DNA of 64,000 bases from an uncultured cyanobacterium (lineage in GTDB: Bacteria > Cyanobacteriota > Cyanobacteriia > PCC-6307 > Cyanobiaceae), in assembly GCA_963697335.1 (NCBI GenBank), contig CAVONQ010000004.1:1-64000 (forward strand), in the 5' to 3' direction. Of the stretch, positions 44,196 to 54,147 are shown one piece after another (within the stretch, counting starts at the first letter, position 1; every line of letters starts with the position of its first letter). The position numbers were made by a program, and so were the translations under genes. The notes below the pieces were generated by a model. It was not told the DNA's origin, did not search any database, and saw only the letters and a list, made by a program, of their open reading frames with translations.

Positions 44196-45338
44196 ATGCT
44201 CCCCCCCCAGCCCGATCTGCAGCGCCTGGCCGAGCGCTTCGCCATTCCCGGCTCGGTCACCAGCGTTGCCCCCCTCGGCAACGGCAATGTCAACGACACC
44301 TACCTGGTGGAGACCTCAGCCGCGCAGCGCTTCGTGCTGCAGCGGCTCAACTCCGCAGTCTTTCGCCATCCCGAGCTGGTGATGGCCAACATCGTGGCCC
44401 TGAACCGGCATCTGGCCGCCAGGGTGCCTGACCGAGGACCGGCGGGTCGGCGCTGGGTGCTGCCCCAGGCGATCCCCCTGCGCCAGGCGGAACCAGCCGA
44501 TCCCCAGGGCGGTGGCGGCAGCCACCACCTCACGGAGCCGAGCGGCAGCTGGCGGCTGCTGAGTTACGTGGAGGGGGCCACCACCCACGACACCGTGCTC
44601 GATCTCGACCATGCGGCCGAGGTGGGGCGAGCCCTCGGCAGCTTCCACGCCCTGATCCACGACCTCCCCTGCGAGCAGCTGGCCGACACCCTGGAGGGGT
44701 TCCACATCACCCCGGGGTACCTGAGCCGCTACGAGGCCGTGTGCCGGCAGGCCCTGGCCGAGCGGTCAGCCCCGGGGCTGGATCGGGCCGAGCAGGAGTG
44801 CATGGCCTTCGTGGAGCAGCGGCAGGGCCAGGCGGCGGTGCTGGAGGACGCCAAGGCCCGGGGGCTGCTGCAGCTGCGGCCGATCCACGGCGACCCCAAG
44901 GTGAACAACGTGATGCTGGACTCCCGCAGCGGCCGCGCCGTGGCCCTGGTGGATCTGGACACGGTGAAGCCCGGCCTGGTGCACTACGACATCGGTGACT
45001 GCCTGCGCTCCGGCTGCAACCCGGCCGGGGAGGAGGCCAGCGATCTCAAGGCGGTGGTGTTCGACCTGGAGCGCTGCCAGGCGATGCTCGGCGGCTACCT
45101 GGAGCAGGCCAGGGCCTTCCTCACCCCGGCGGATTTCGATCACCTCTATGCGGCGATACGGCTGATCAGCTTCGAGCTGGGTCTGCGCTTTTTCACCGAC
45201 CACCTGGCCGGAGACCGCTATTTCAAGGTGACCCATCGGGGCCACAACCTGCAGCGAGCCAGGGTGCAGTTCCGGCTCACCGAGAGCATCGAGGCCCAGG
45301 AGGCCGAGATCCGTGCCCTGGTGGAGGCCCTGCGCTGA
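44196..45338 (+). CDS. APH-fold phosphotransferase (N-acetylhexosamine 1-kinase-like)
   Basis: GNGNVNDTY, FVLQRLN, IHGDPKVNNVM, VDLDTVKPG, ELGLRFFTDHLAGDRYFK. Confidence 0.85.
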   Translation: MLPPQPDLQRLAERFAIPGSVTSVAPLGNGNVNDTYLVETSAAQRFVLQRLNSAVFRHPELVMANIVALNRHLAARVPDRGPAGRRWVLPQAIPLRQAEPADPQGGGGSHHLTEPSGSWRLLSYVEGATTHDTVLDLDHAAEVGRALGSFHALIHDLPCEQLADTLEGFHITPGYLSRYEAVCRQALAERSAPGLDRAEQECMAFVEQRQGQAAVLEDAKARGLLQLRPIHGDPKVNNVMLDSRSGRAVALVDLDTVKPGLVHYDIGDCLRSGCNPAGEEASDLKAVVFDLERCQAMLGGYLEQARAFLTPADFDHLYAAIRLISFELGLRFFTDHLAGDRYFKVTHRGHNLQRARVQFRLTESIEAQEAEIRALVEALR

Positions 45339-45923
45339 TGGCCCGCCATCGATTCCAGCTCGTCCCCTTCCCCAGCGATGCAGTCCCCAGTCCCACAGTG
45401 ACGATCCAGGGCCAGCTCGCCCTCGAGCCCCAGGACCAGGGCGGGCCGGGGCTGGAACTCCTGATCGAGCTGAGCGCCGCTGGAGTTCACCCCGGCCTAG
45501 AAGCGCTGCTGATTCCAGAGCCGCAGGCCAACCCTGGCGGCCCCCGGCGCGACGAGCTCTGGCAGCACACCTGCCTGGAATGCTTCGTGGCGCCAGCAGG
45601 CCAGCCCGGCTATCTGGAGTTCAATCTCGCTCCGGACGGGGCCTGGAACGTGTACGCCCTGGAGGGCTACCGCCGAGGGGCTCAACCCCGCCGCCGGCTT
45701 CGACGCGCTGCCCTTCAGCTGGCAGTGCAGCGCCTCAGCCCTGCGGCTCAGCCTGCGCTGCCAGCTCCCGGAGGCCTGGGCCACGGCCACGGCCTTCGAC
45801 TGGCAGGTGAGCGCCGTGCTGGAGCAGCGCGATGGCCTGCTCAGCTACTGGGCGCTGCGCCATCCCACCGGCGCCCCCGACTTCCACGCCAGGCCGCAGT
45901 GGACCCAGGCGAGCCCCCTCTGA
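45338..45923 (+). pseudogene. DOMON-like domain protein with a +1 frameshift (or a sequencing error)
   Basis: RRDELWQHTCLECF..YLEFNLAPDGAWNVY..YR in frame 1; after one extra base at 45674-45680 it continues GLNPAAGFDALP..VSAVLEQRDGLLSYWALRHPTGAPDFH to TGA at 45921-45923. Confidence 0.8.
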
Positions 45924-46061
45924 GACGCCAGCGACAGCCGCCACTGGATCTCCCACATGCCGCTGTGGCAGGCGCCCTTTACGACAGCTGCATCGAGCAC
46001 ATGCGCGGCTTTGAGGCGGCGACGCCGCTGCCCCTGAAGCTGGCCCGGCTGCTGCGGCCGT

Positions 46062-47105
46062 TCAGGAACGATCGTTCCGCACCTGCTCCCTGATCAGGGC
46101 CACCGAGGCCTCCACGGCCTGGCACGAGAGCACCAGCATCCGCGCCTGGCTGGCGGCGATCGCCTCGAGGGGACAGGCTTCGATGCAGCGCTGCATCAGC
46201 GCCAGCAGGCTGTCGGGCGTGAGGTCCTCGGCCGCAAACAGCAGCGGCCAGCTGATCCGACCCAGCACCTCGGTGAGCTTGCCGCCGCCGGCGATCTGGT
46301 CCACGGCGATCACCGGCACGCCGGCCGCCAGGCCCAGCAGGGAGCCGTGCAGACGGGTGGTGAGCACCAGGTCCACCGCCGCGAACTGGGCCTCGATGCG
46401 CTCCCGTGGATTGGATGCCGAGAGCACGGTGTCGATCGGCTCCACCAGCCCTGGCTGACGCTCCAGCACCGCGGTGAACAGCGCCCCCACGGCCGAGGAG
46501 CGATCGCGGCCAAGGCCGTAATCCTTCTGGCGACCGCGCAGGCACAGGCCGATGCGGGCCTCGGCCAGGGAGGCGGGTCGGGGGCGCTCCAGGGGAGGCT
46601 CACAGTGGCTGATGGCCAGATCGAAGCGGCCAGGTTTGACGCCCTCCCCAGGGCCTGGGGTCTCGGCAACCGCCACGCCGTCGCGCACCACCACACCATC
46701 GAGTTGGCGGTTGAGGGCCTCCTGGCTCTGCAGCAGCGACACGCCGGCGGCCAGCTTGCGCGTGTGGCCACTGGCCGCCAGCAGGCGTCGCATGCGCTTG
46801 GTGTGCACCAAGGGGCCACAGACGAACACCAGGGTGCTGAGCTGGGGCGCCAGGGCCGAGGGATCCGGGGTGGATCGATGGGCCGGGCCCGCATGGCTGG
46901 GGTGGGACAGCACGCTGTGCTCAATCCCGGCCCGGCGGAGGGCGGCCGAGAGATTATCCACCGCCAGTAGATCCCCGAGCGTGGCGCCGCGGGGCCAGCT
47001 GCCCCACCAGATCAGGGCGATCGGGGCGCAGCCCCGGGGTTGCAGCCAAGGCAAACCTTGCAGCCAGGCCTGCCGCCGCAGCCAGCGGCCGAGGTGATCA
47101 GCCAT
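46062..47105 (-). CDS. Polysaccharide pyruvyl transferase family protein
   Basis: ATLGDLLA, DLVLTTRLHGSLLGLAAGVPVIAVD..GKL; ATG 47105 overlaps the folB end. Confidence 0.78.
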   Translation of the reverse strand: MADHLGRWLRRQAWLQGLPWLQPRGCAPIALIWWGSWPRGATLGDLLAVDNLSAALRRAGIEHSVLSHPSHAGPAHRSTPDPSALAPQLSTLVFVCGPLVHTKRMRRLLAASGHTRKLAAGVSLLQSQEALNRQLDGVVVRDGVAVAETPGPGEGVKPGRFDLAISHCEPPLERPRPASLAEARIGLCLRGRQKDYGLGRDRSSAVGALFTAVLERQPGLVEPIDTVLSASNPRERIEAQFAAVDLVLTTRLHGSLLGLAAGVPVIAVDQIAGGGKLTEVLGRISWPLLFAAEDLTPDSLLALMQRCIEACPLEAIAASQARMLVLSCQAVEASVALIREQVRNDRS

Positions 47106-47511
47106 CGCCCAACCCCGCAGCCAGCCAGCGGCGCTGCCGCCGCACGGCCACCTGGCCGCTGAAACCGGGCACCGGCGCCGAGCACTTGCGCAGCTCCAGC
47201 TGGATCGGCACGGCGCCATAGAGCTGCTCTGCCCGCTCGAGGATGCGCTCGCTGAACTGCTCCAGGGTCCAGCAAACCGTGGAGCGGGCCAGCTGCTGCA
47301 GGGCGATGATCAGGAGGCCGTAGTCGAGGCTGGCGGCCAGGTCGTCCTCCCGAGCGGCCCTGCTCAGGTCAGCCGCCAGGGTCAGGTCGAGCTCAAACCA
47401 CTGGCCCAGCTGCCGTTCCTGCTCCAGCACCCCCACGTGGGCCCATACCCGCAGGCCCCGCACCAGGATCTGATCACCTCTGGCAGCAGCGGCCCTCGCC
47501 TCGGTGCTCAC
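47098..47511 (-). CDS. folB: Dihydroneopterin aldolase
   Basis: [39 protein letters not shown]. Confidence 0.9.
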   Translation of the reverse strand: MSTEARAAAARGDQILVRGLRVWAHVGVLEQERQLGQWFELDLTLAADLSRAAREDDLAASLDYGLLIIALQQLARSTVCWTLEQFSERILERAEQLYGAVPIQLELRKCSAPVPGFSGQVAVRRQRRWLAAGLGDG

Positions 47512-48858
47512 AGCGGCAGGGCCCGGTGGCTGAACTGACGCTCACCACTGGCGTAGTCCGCGGCGGTCTGGCCCTGGCCGCGCAGGCGGTAGCGGTAGGT
47601 GATCAGACCCTCCAGCCCCACCGGCCCGCGCGGCGGCAGGGTCTGGGTGCTGATGCCCACCTCGGCGCCGAAGCCGTAGCGGAAGCCATCGGCGAAGCGG
47701 GTGCTGCAGTTGAGAAACACGCCGGCGCTGTCCACGCCGGCCAGGAAGCGGTCGGCGGCCTGCTCGTCTGCGGTGCAGATGGCCTCGGTGTGGCGGGAGC
47801 CGTAGCGGCTGATGTGCTCCAAGGCGCCATCGAGATCCTCCACCACCTTCACCGCCAGGACCAGGTCGGAGTACTCGCAGCCCCAGTCCTCCTCCCGGGC
47901 CGCCACGGCCACCCCGAGGGCCTGGCTGGCCGGATCGCCGCGCAGTTCCACCCCGGCCGCCGCGAAGGCCGGCAGCGCCAGCGGCAGAAAACGGTCGGCA
48001 ATCGCCCGGTGCACCAGCAGGGTCTCGATCGCGTTGCAGGCGGCCGGGTACTGGGTTTTGGCGTCCAGGGCCACCCGCAGGCTCAGCTCGCAGTCGGCGG
48101 CCGCATCCACATAGAGGTGGCAGACGCCGTCCGCATGGCCCAGCACCGGGATGCGGGTGTTGTCCTGGATGAACCGCACCAGGGCATTCGAGCCCCGGGG
48201 AATGATCAGGTCCACCAGCCCATCGAGTTTCAGCAGGGCCAGGCTCTCCTCGCGGCTGGTGAGCAGCGCCAGGGCCTCGGGCGCCACGGCGCTGCCGGCC
48301 AGGCCCTGCTGCAGGGCGTCGAGGATGGCGGCGCAGCTGCGGCTCGCCTCCCGACCCCCCTTGAGGATGGCGCCGTTGCCGGAGCGGATCGCCAGCGAGG
48401 CGATCTGCATCACCGCATCCGGCCGCGCCTCGAAGATCACGCCGAGCACGCCGAGGGGCACGGTGATCCGCTCCAGCACCAGCCCCTGGTCCAGCTCGGT
48501 GTGCAGCTGGCGCTGGCCCAGGGGGTCCGCCAGCCCCGCCACCTGCCGCACCCCTTCGATGGCGGCCTCGAGCTTGGGCCCATCGAGCTTGAGCCGGGCC
48601 ACGAGCGCCGGCGCCAGGCCAGCGGCGGCGGCCGCCTTCAGGTCGGCGACATTGGCAGCCAGGATGGCGTCGCGGGCAGCCTGCAGGGCATCCGCCATGG
48701 CCAGCACGGCCTGCTGACGCTCCAGATCGGAGCACTGGCCCAGGTCCATGGCACTGCGCCGCACCGTGGCCGCCCGCTGCAGCAGCTCGGGGCTGGGGTC
48801 AGGAACACCGGCAGCGGTTGGCGAGGCCGCGCGCAGAGCTGGAGGCGATGGAGGTCAT
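47508..48858 (-). CDS. proA: Glutamate-5-semialdehyde dehydrogenase; 5' end anomalous
   Basis: [44 protein letters not shown]; first in-frame canonical start is GTG 48764, but coding-like sequence extends upstream (see findings). Confidence 0.93.
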
Positions 48859-48865
48859 CGGTCCA

Positions 48866-49777
48866 TCATCCCAAGCCGCCGGGCGGCAGACGCTCGAAGG
48901 CCAGGCGCGCCGCCCCCAGCCGGCCGGCGCCATTGCCCAGGGCGCAGCGCTCGATGCGCAGATCGTGGCGGCTCACCGCCAGCACCCGCTCCTCCACCTC
49001 CTCCCACACCGCTGGCAGGAAGTGGTGGCTGGCACCGCTGAGGCCGCCGCCGAACAACACCAGCTCCGGGGTGAGCACATAGAGGAGGGAGCTGAGACCG
49101 ATGCCGAGCAGGCGGCCGTAGCGGTGCCACACCGCCAGGGCGTCTGCATCGCCCGCGTCGGCCAGGCGGCAGAGCTCGAGGGGATCGAGCGGGCTCAGCC
49201 GCGCCAGACCACCGATGCTGCAGTAGCTCTCCAGGGAGCCGCGGTTGCCGCTGTTGCAGGGCGGACCGTCGGGCTGCAGGCCGATCAGTCCGGGTTCGGC
49301 CGCCGCGCCGGCGTGCCCGGTGAACAGCTGCCCGCCCAGCAGCACCGCCCCCCCCACCCCCGTGCCCAGCGTGAGCAGCAGCACGTCGGCAGCACCACGG
49401 GCGGCGCCATGCCAGAGCTCGCCGATGACGGCGCAGTTGGCGTCGTTGGCCAGGGTCACGGGCCGCTGCAACAGCGGCTCCAGCCAGTCGGCCAGGGGCA
49501 CATCGCGCCAGCCGGGCAGGTTGATGGCGATGCTGGCGCGGCGGCAGGAGCGATCACTGGGCCCCGGATGGCCGATGCCCACCCGACCGGCCAGGCGCTG
49601 CGGATCCAGCGACTCCACCGCCTCCTGGATCGCCATCGTCACGGCGCCGGGCATGGCCGGCTGGGGGGTGGGGCAGACGGCTTCGGCCAGAAGCTCGCCG
49701 GCCTCGCTGAAACGACCGAGCTTGATGGCAGTGCCGCCCAGATCCACCCCGATCGCCTGCTGCCTGGGTTCGGCCAT
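48866..49777 (-). CDS. ROK family sugar kinase
   Basis: GVDLGGT, LANDANCA, LTLGTGVGG, CNSGNRGSLE. Confidence 0.9.
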   Translation of the reverse strand: MAEPRQQAIGVDLGGTAIKLGRFSEAGELLAEAVCPTPQPAMPGAVTMAIQEAVESLDPQRLAGRVGIGHPGPSDRSCRRASIAINLPGWRDVPLADWLEPLLQRPVTLANDANCAVIGELWHGAARGAADVLLLTLGTGVGGAVLLGGQLFTGHAGAAAEPGLIGLQPDGPPCNSGNRGSLESYCSIGGLARLSPLDPLELCRLADAGDADALAVWHRYGRLLGIGLSSLLYVLTPELVLFGGGLSGASHHFLPAVWEEVEERVLAVSRHDLRIERCALGNGAGRLGAARLAFERLPPGGLG

Positions 49778-49778
49778 C

Positions 49779-52700
49779 TCAGAAGCGCAGGAACACCTGC
49801 AGCTGGCCCTGCCACGCCCCTTGGGTGTCGACGGAACCCTGCAGGTTGATCAGGTCAGTGGCCTTGTAGTTGAGGTTGAGCTGGGGGGCCACGTCACTGC
49901 GGTTCGGGGCGGCGAGCACCGAGGCACTGAAGCGCTCGTTGATGTCGAGGCCGATTTCGGCCCCCAGCACCAGCTGGGGGGGCACCTGCTGGGAGCGGCG
50001 CTCGGAGCGACTGCCGAGGGTGGGGTTCACGTAGGCGGGATAGAGGGCGAAGCTGAGCCGCTGGTCGAAGGCGTCGCTGAGGCTACCGAGCAGGGGAGCG
50101 AGCAGCGTCTGACCCACCACCGTGGCCAGGGCGGCGCCGGCCCCGCCTCCGGTGAGGCCGGCCAGGGAGTTGCCGCCGATCAGGGCAAGCAGGCGGTCCT
50201 GGGGCAGGGGCGGGCTGCTGCGCAGCACGATCGTGTCGGCCAGGCGGTCGGCAGGTCCGCTCACGGACAGGAACACCCGGACCAGATTGAGCTGATCCAG
50301 GGTGCCGGCGCCCCCCTGGGACTCGATCTGCGCCAGGGAGGGGCCGAGGGAACCGCTCCCCAGGCCGCCCACCTGCAGGGTGTCGGACACCCGCGTGCGC
50401 AGGGCCACATCCACGAAGGGGATCAGCCCTGCTGAGGGGGTGAACACGGCCACGTTGGGAGCATCAGGATCGAGGCTGAAGGTGGTGGTGAACAGGGTGA
50501 GGCGGCCCCGCTTGAGCCGCACCACCCCGCGGGCCTCCAGGCTGGTGTCCAGCCTGCCGTTGATGCGCAGCACACCCTCTGAGGCAAAGCTGGCGAGGTT
50601 GGGCACCACCACCATCAGGTCCGGGCCGAGGCTGAGGCGCAGATCGTCGAAGCCGATCACGCTGGCGGCGGGCAGCAGCTCGCGCAGGTTGGCGCTCGCC
50701 CGGCTTTCCACACCAGGGCCGAGCAGGTCGAGGGCCGTGCTGAAATCCCAGTTCTGCAACGCCTCACGCGACACGGTGGTGGTGCTGTCGCCGGCATCCG
50801 TCGCCGCCGGGCCCTCCGGCTGCACGTTGATTGAGCCCTTGGACACGCTCAGATCGCCACCGATGTCAAGGGCCGCCAGGCTGCCCGACACCAGCAGCGA
50901 ACCGGCCGCCACGGCCTTCACCCGCGGCAGGGCGACGGGCACGTCCTTGAGTTCCAGATTGAGCTGGGAAGGCTGGCCGTCCTCCATGACAGCCGGCTCC
51001 AGCAGGCCCAGGCTGCCGCTGCCGCTGATCGAGCCCTTCTCGGCCACCCGGGCGGAGAACTCCTGGAGGAACAGCTGCTCGAAATCAAAGAGCACCGTGG
51101 CCTGCAGGTTGTCCACCTTCTGACCCACCAGGGTGAGCGCGGCATCGCGGAAGCGCAGAAAGCCGTTGGCGATCGGCCTGTCGAGGCTGCCGCGCATCAG
51201 CAGCTGCAGATCTCCTCCGCCCTCCTTCCACTCCACTTCGGGGCGGGCCAGCTCCGTGAGGAAGCGCAGGCCATCGTCGCGGCTGGCCAGGCGCAGTTCC
51301 AACCCCTGCGTGGCTGGATTGAGCGGCACCTGGCCCGCCAGCTCGATGTTGCTCTCCGCCCCCTCGGCCCGCAGGGCCAGATCCACGTTGAGCAGGTCTG
51401 CCGCCACGGCCACGGCACCCCGCTCGAGCAGCAGGGGCGTCTCCCCGAGAGCCCCGTCCTCCAGGGCGAAGTCCAGGCTGAGTTCGGGGTCGGCGCCACC
51501 CAGGCGGTAGCGCCCTTGAGCGGCAATCCGGCCCCGCAGACTCTCGGGCACTGGCGTGAGCAGGGCCACCAGTGCCAGGGGCAGGCCAGTGAGGGAGAGC
51601 TGGCCCTGGCCCATCCGGAACGGGCCCTGCAGCGTCACCCGTACGGGCTCGCTGGTGAGGGCCTGGTCCTGGTCCTGACCGGGGAACCAGAGGTGGGCCC
51701 TCAGGGAGAGATCGGCGCGGGTGTCCACCAGCCTGGGACCGGTGAGGGTGGCATCGAGATCAAAGCGTCCCGCCAGCTTCTCCAAGCGTTGGGCCACGGT
51801 GAGCCCGCTGAGCGGATCGCGACGGGCCCCCTGCAGGGCCGTGCTCGCCAGCTCAAGGGCCGCCAGCTGGCCATCGATACTCCCCCCCAGGGTGTCGATC
51901 AGGAAGGTGCCGAGGTCCGACGCCGACCCCCCAGCCAGCTGGCCCTCGCCCTGCCACAGCGGCCAGGCCTCCAGGAGCTGGCGCACCAGCGGATCCCGCA
52001 GCTCTCGCCCCGTGATCGTGGCCCGGAAGGGGCCCTTCCAACGGCCATTCCAGTCGACCGCGACGCCGCCACCGCTGAGGGGCACCACATCGACGCGAGC
52101 CTGATAGCGGCGCTCGGTGTAGCGGCCGGAAATGCTGGCCTCCTGGGCCCAGACGCCGAGCAGCACCGGCCGGTCCAGGCGGGCCTGACCGCTGAAGGCC
52201 AGGGGCTGGAGTTCCAGTTCACCCCCACCGGTGAGGGCGCCCTGGAGCGGTTGACGCTGGCTGCGGGGGCCCAGGGTGAGCATCAGGCCATCGAGGGGGA
52301 AGGCGTCGGCAGTCCAGCGGTAGAGCCGCGGCGACCCGCGCAGGGCCAGGGACCCGTCGCTGCGGCGCAGCAGCAGCGACTCGGGCACCCAGCGGCGATT
52401 CAGGCTTGCTTCCAGGGAGGCCGGCTGGGGAGTGCCCACAGCGCGCATCGCCAGGCGCCCGCCTCCCTCGGCCTTGCCGAACCAGTCGCCAGACCAGGTT
52501 TCCGACACCCGCAGGGGGCCCGCTCCCGGGCTGGACACCGTCAGGGCAAAGTCCGGGGTCAGGGCTGTGAGGGGGCCCCGGATGCTGCCTGAGGCATTGA
52601 GCACGCCCTCGAGGTTGGTGCCCACGGCGGCGCTGAGTTGCGGCAGCGGGAAATCGTTGATCGCCAGGCGTAGGTCCAGGAGGCCAGGGCGCACGGGCTG

Positions 52701-54080
52701 GCCGGGGCTGAAGCGCAGCGGCAGGTTGCCGCTGGCCGTGAGATGGGCGCTGCGCAGTCGCTCCAGGCGCAGCTGCTCACCGTTCCAGCGCAGCAGTCCG
52801 TCCCAGGGGCCGATCACGGGGTTGCTGGCCTGGCTCAGGGCAGCCTCCACCTGGGGCCTGGGCCAGCTGCCGCGCACCTCAAGCTGGCCCCGCAGCGCGT
52901 CGCCCAGCAGCCCCTCTGGGGTGCCCTGGGCCTGGGGCAGCTCGCCCGGCAGCAATTGCCAGGAGCCATCGAGCTTCAGGCGTTTCCCCAGCTGGCCCCG
53001 CACCCGCAACCAGGAGTTACGGCGCCGCACCTCCAGGGTGTCGAGGGCGAGTTGCTGACGCTGCCAGCGGGCCTGGAGGCCCACCCGGCCATCGAAGTCA
53101 CCCCAGCGCCAGGTGGTGGCCGGCAGCGAGATCAGCTGGCCGTTGCAGCGCAACCGGGGATCCCTGAGGCTGAGTGGCGGGTTGGAACCGGGGGCCTGCC
53201 ACTGCACCCGTTGCAGCCGCAGCTCCCCCTGGCAGTCGGGCCCCCCATCCCGCCAGGAGAACGTGACTCGCCCGCTGCCATCACCCTTGAGGGAGCCCGG
53301 CAGCCCCAGGAACTGGGCGGGGAGCTGCAGGGGGAAGCCCTGGCTCAGCAGCTGGGCCTTGGCGCTCTGCTTGCCCCAATTGCCCTCCGCCACCAGCCGC
53401 AGGCTGCCGTCTCGGCTGGCACCAGGGCGGACGGGCCGTACCAGCGCCTGCACCTTGATTGTCTCAAGGTGCAGCTTCAGGTCGGCACGGCCCTCCACCT
53501 GCAGGCTCACGCCAGCGGGGGCGATGTTCACCTGGGCGGGCTGCTCCAGCCGCAGCCGCAGGTCCAGCCGCGGCGGTACGGCCTCGGGATCCCCAGGTGG
53601 CAGCACCCAGTAGTGCCCCTGGGCATTGCGGCGCAGGTTGACCTCCAGACCGACAAGCCCGAGCTGGAGCACCGGCCGGCGCAGCCGCAGGCTGGCCAGG
53701 GGGTCCAGGCTGAGCGAGAGCTGGCGCGCGTCCAGGGTGGAGGCGTCGTCAGGGCCGGGCAGCACCCGGCTGGGGCCCAGCGTCAACCCCGACCAGCCCA
53801 GGCCGCGATAGGGACCCAGCTGGATGGGGTGGCCCAGGGCGCGACCAAGGGTCGACTCCAACCGGGGCTGGAAGCGCCGGTAGAGCCCTGAAAGCAGAAC
53901 ATCGGATGTGCCGATGACCGCCCCGGTGGCCACGATCGTGGCCACGGCAGCGAGCGCCAGGGGAACGGGCCGCTCCAACCGCAGAGGCCGCCTGCCGACG
54001 GGCTGATCGGCTCCGTCCTGGGCTCCGTCTGCCGGTTCCGAATGCTTGTCCCCAGGGCTCTGATCCGGCACCTCCGCCAT
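49779..54080 (-). CDS. Translocation/assembly module TamB (DUF490) domain protein
   Basis: About 1430 aa; N-terminal TM anchor; C-terminal LRSSPPLPQDRLLALIGG and beta-rich end ..QLQVFLRF. Confidence 0.85.
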   Translation of the reverse strand: MAEVPDQSPGDKHSEPADGAQDGADQPVGRRPLRLERPVPLALAAVATIVATGAVIGTSDVLLSGLYRRFQPRLESTLGRALGHPIQLGPYRGLGWSGLTLGPSRVLPGPDDASTLDARQLSLSLDPLASLRLRRPVLQLGLVGLEVNLRRNAQGHYWVLPPGDPEAVPPRLDLRLRLEQPAQVNIAPAGVSLQVEGRADLKLHLETIKVQALVRPVRPGASRDGSLRLVAEGNWGKQSAKAQLLSQGFPLQLPAQFLGLPGSLKGDGSGRVTFSWRDGGPDCQGELRLQRVQWQAPGSNPPLSLRDPRLRCNGQLISLPATTWRWGDFDGRVGLQARWQRQQLALDTLEVRRRNSWLRVRGQLGKRLKLDGSWQLLPGELPQAQGTPEGLLGDALRGQLEVRGSWPRPQVEAALSQASNPVIGPWDGLLRWNGEQLRLERLRSAHLTASGNLPLRFSPGQPVRPGLLDLRLAINDFPLPQLSAAVGTNLEGVLNASGSIRGPLTALTPDFALTVSSPGAGPLRVSETWSGDWFGKAEGGGRLAMRAVGTPQPASLEASLNRRWVPESLLLRRSDGSLALRGSPRLYRWTADAFPLDGLMLTLGPRSQRQPLQGALTGGGELELQPLAFSGQARLDRPVLLGVWAQEASISGRYTERRYQARVDVVPLSGGGVAVDWNGRWKGPFRATITGRELRDPLVRQLLEAWPLWQGEGQLAGGSASDLGTFLIDTLGGSIDGQLAALELASTALQGARRDPLSGLTVAQRLEKLAGRFDLDATLTGPRLVDTRADLSLRAHLWFPGQDQDQALTSEPVRVTLQGPFRMGQGQLSLTGLPLALVALLTPVPESLRGRIAAQGRYRLGGADPELSLDFALEDGALGETPLLLERGAVAVAADLLNVDLALRAEGAESNIELAGQVPLNPATQGLELRLASRDDGLRFLTELARPEVEWKEGGGDLQLLMRGSLDRPIANGFLRFRDAALTLVGQKVDNLQATVLFDFEQLFLQEFSARVAEKGSISGSGSLGLLEPAVMEDGQPSQLNLELKDVPVALPRVKAVAAGSLLVSGSLAALDIGGDLSVSKGSINVQPEGPAATDAGDSTTTVSREALQNWDFSTALDLLGPGVESRASANLRELLPAASVIGFDDLRLSLGPDLMVVVPNLASFASEGVLRINGRLDTSLEARGVVRLKRGRLTLFTTTFSLDPDAPNVAVFTPSAGLIPFVDVALRTRVSDTLQVGGLGSGSLGPSLAQIESQGGAGTLDQLNLVRVFLSVSGPADRLADTIVLRSSPPLPQDRLLALIGGNSLAGLTGGGAGAALATVVGQTLLAPLLGSLSDAFDQRLSFALYPAYVNPTLGSRSERRSQQVPPQLVLGAEIGLDINERFSASVLAAPNRSDVAPQLNLNYKATDLINLQGSVDTQGAWQGQLQVFLRF

Positions 54081-54147
54081 TCCCCCGGGGATGCCATCGC
54101 GCTGTGCCGGCGCAATATAACGGCGTTGCCCAGCCCCCCCCAGCCCC

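Noticed and set aside
45959..46093. Separate small gene in the tail of the 251-aa ORF
   Set aside because: It is read-through of the frameshifted DOMON gene into intergenic sequence and the antisense end of the pyruvyl transferase; no independent support
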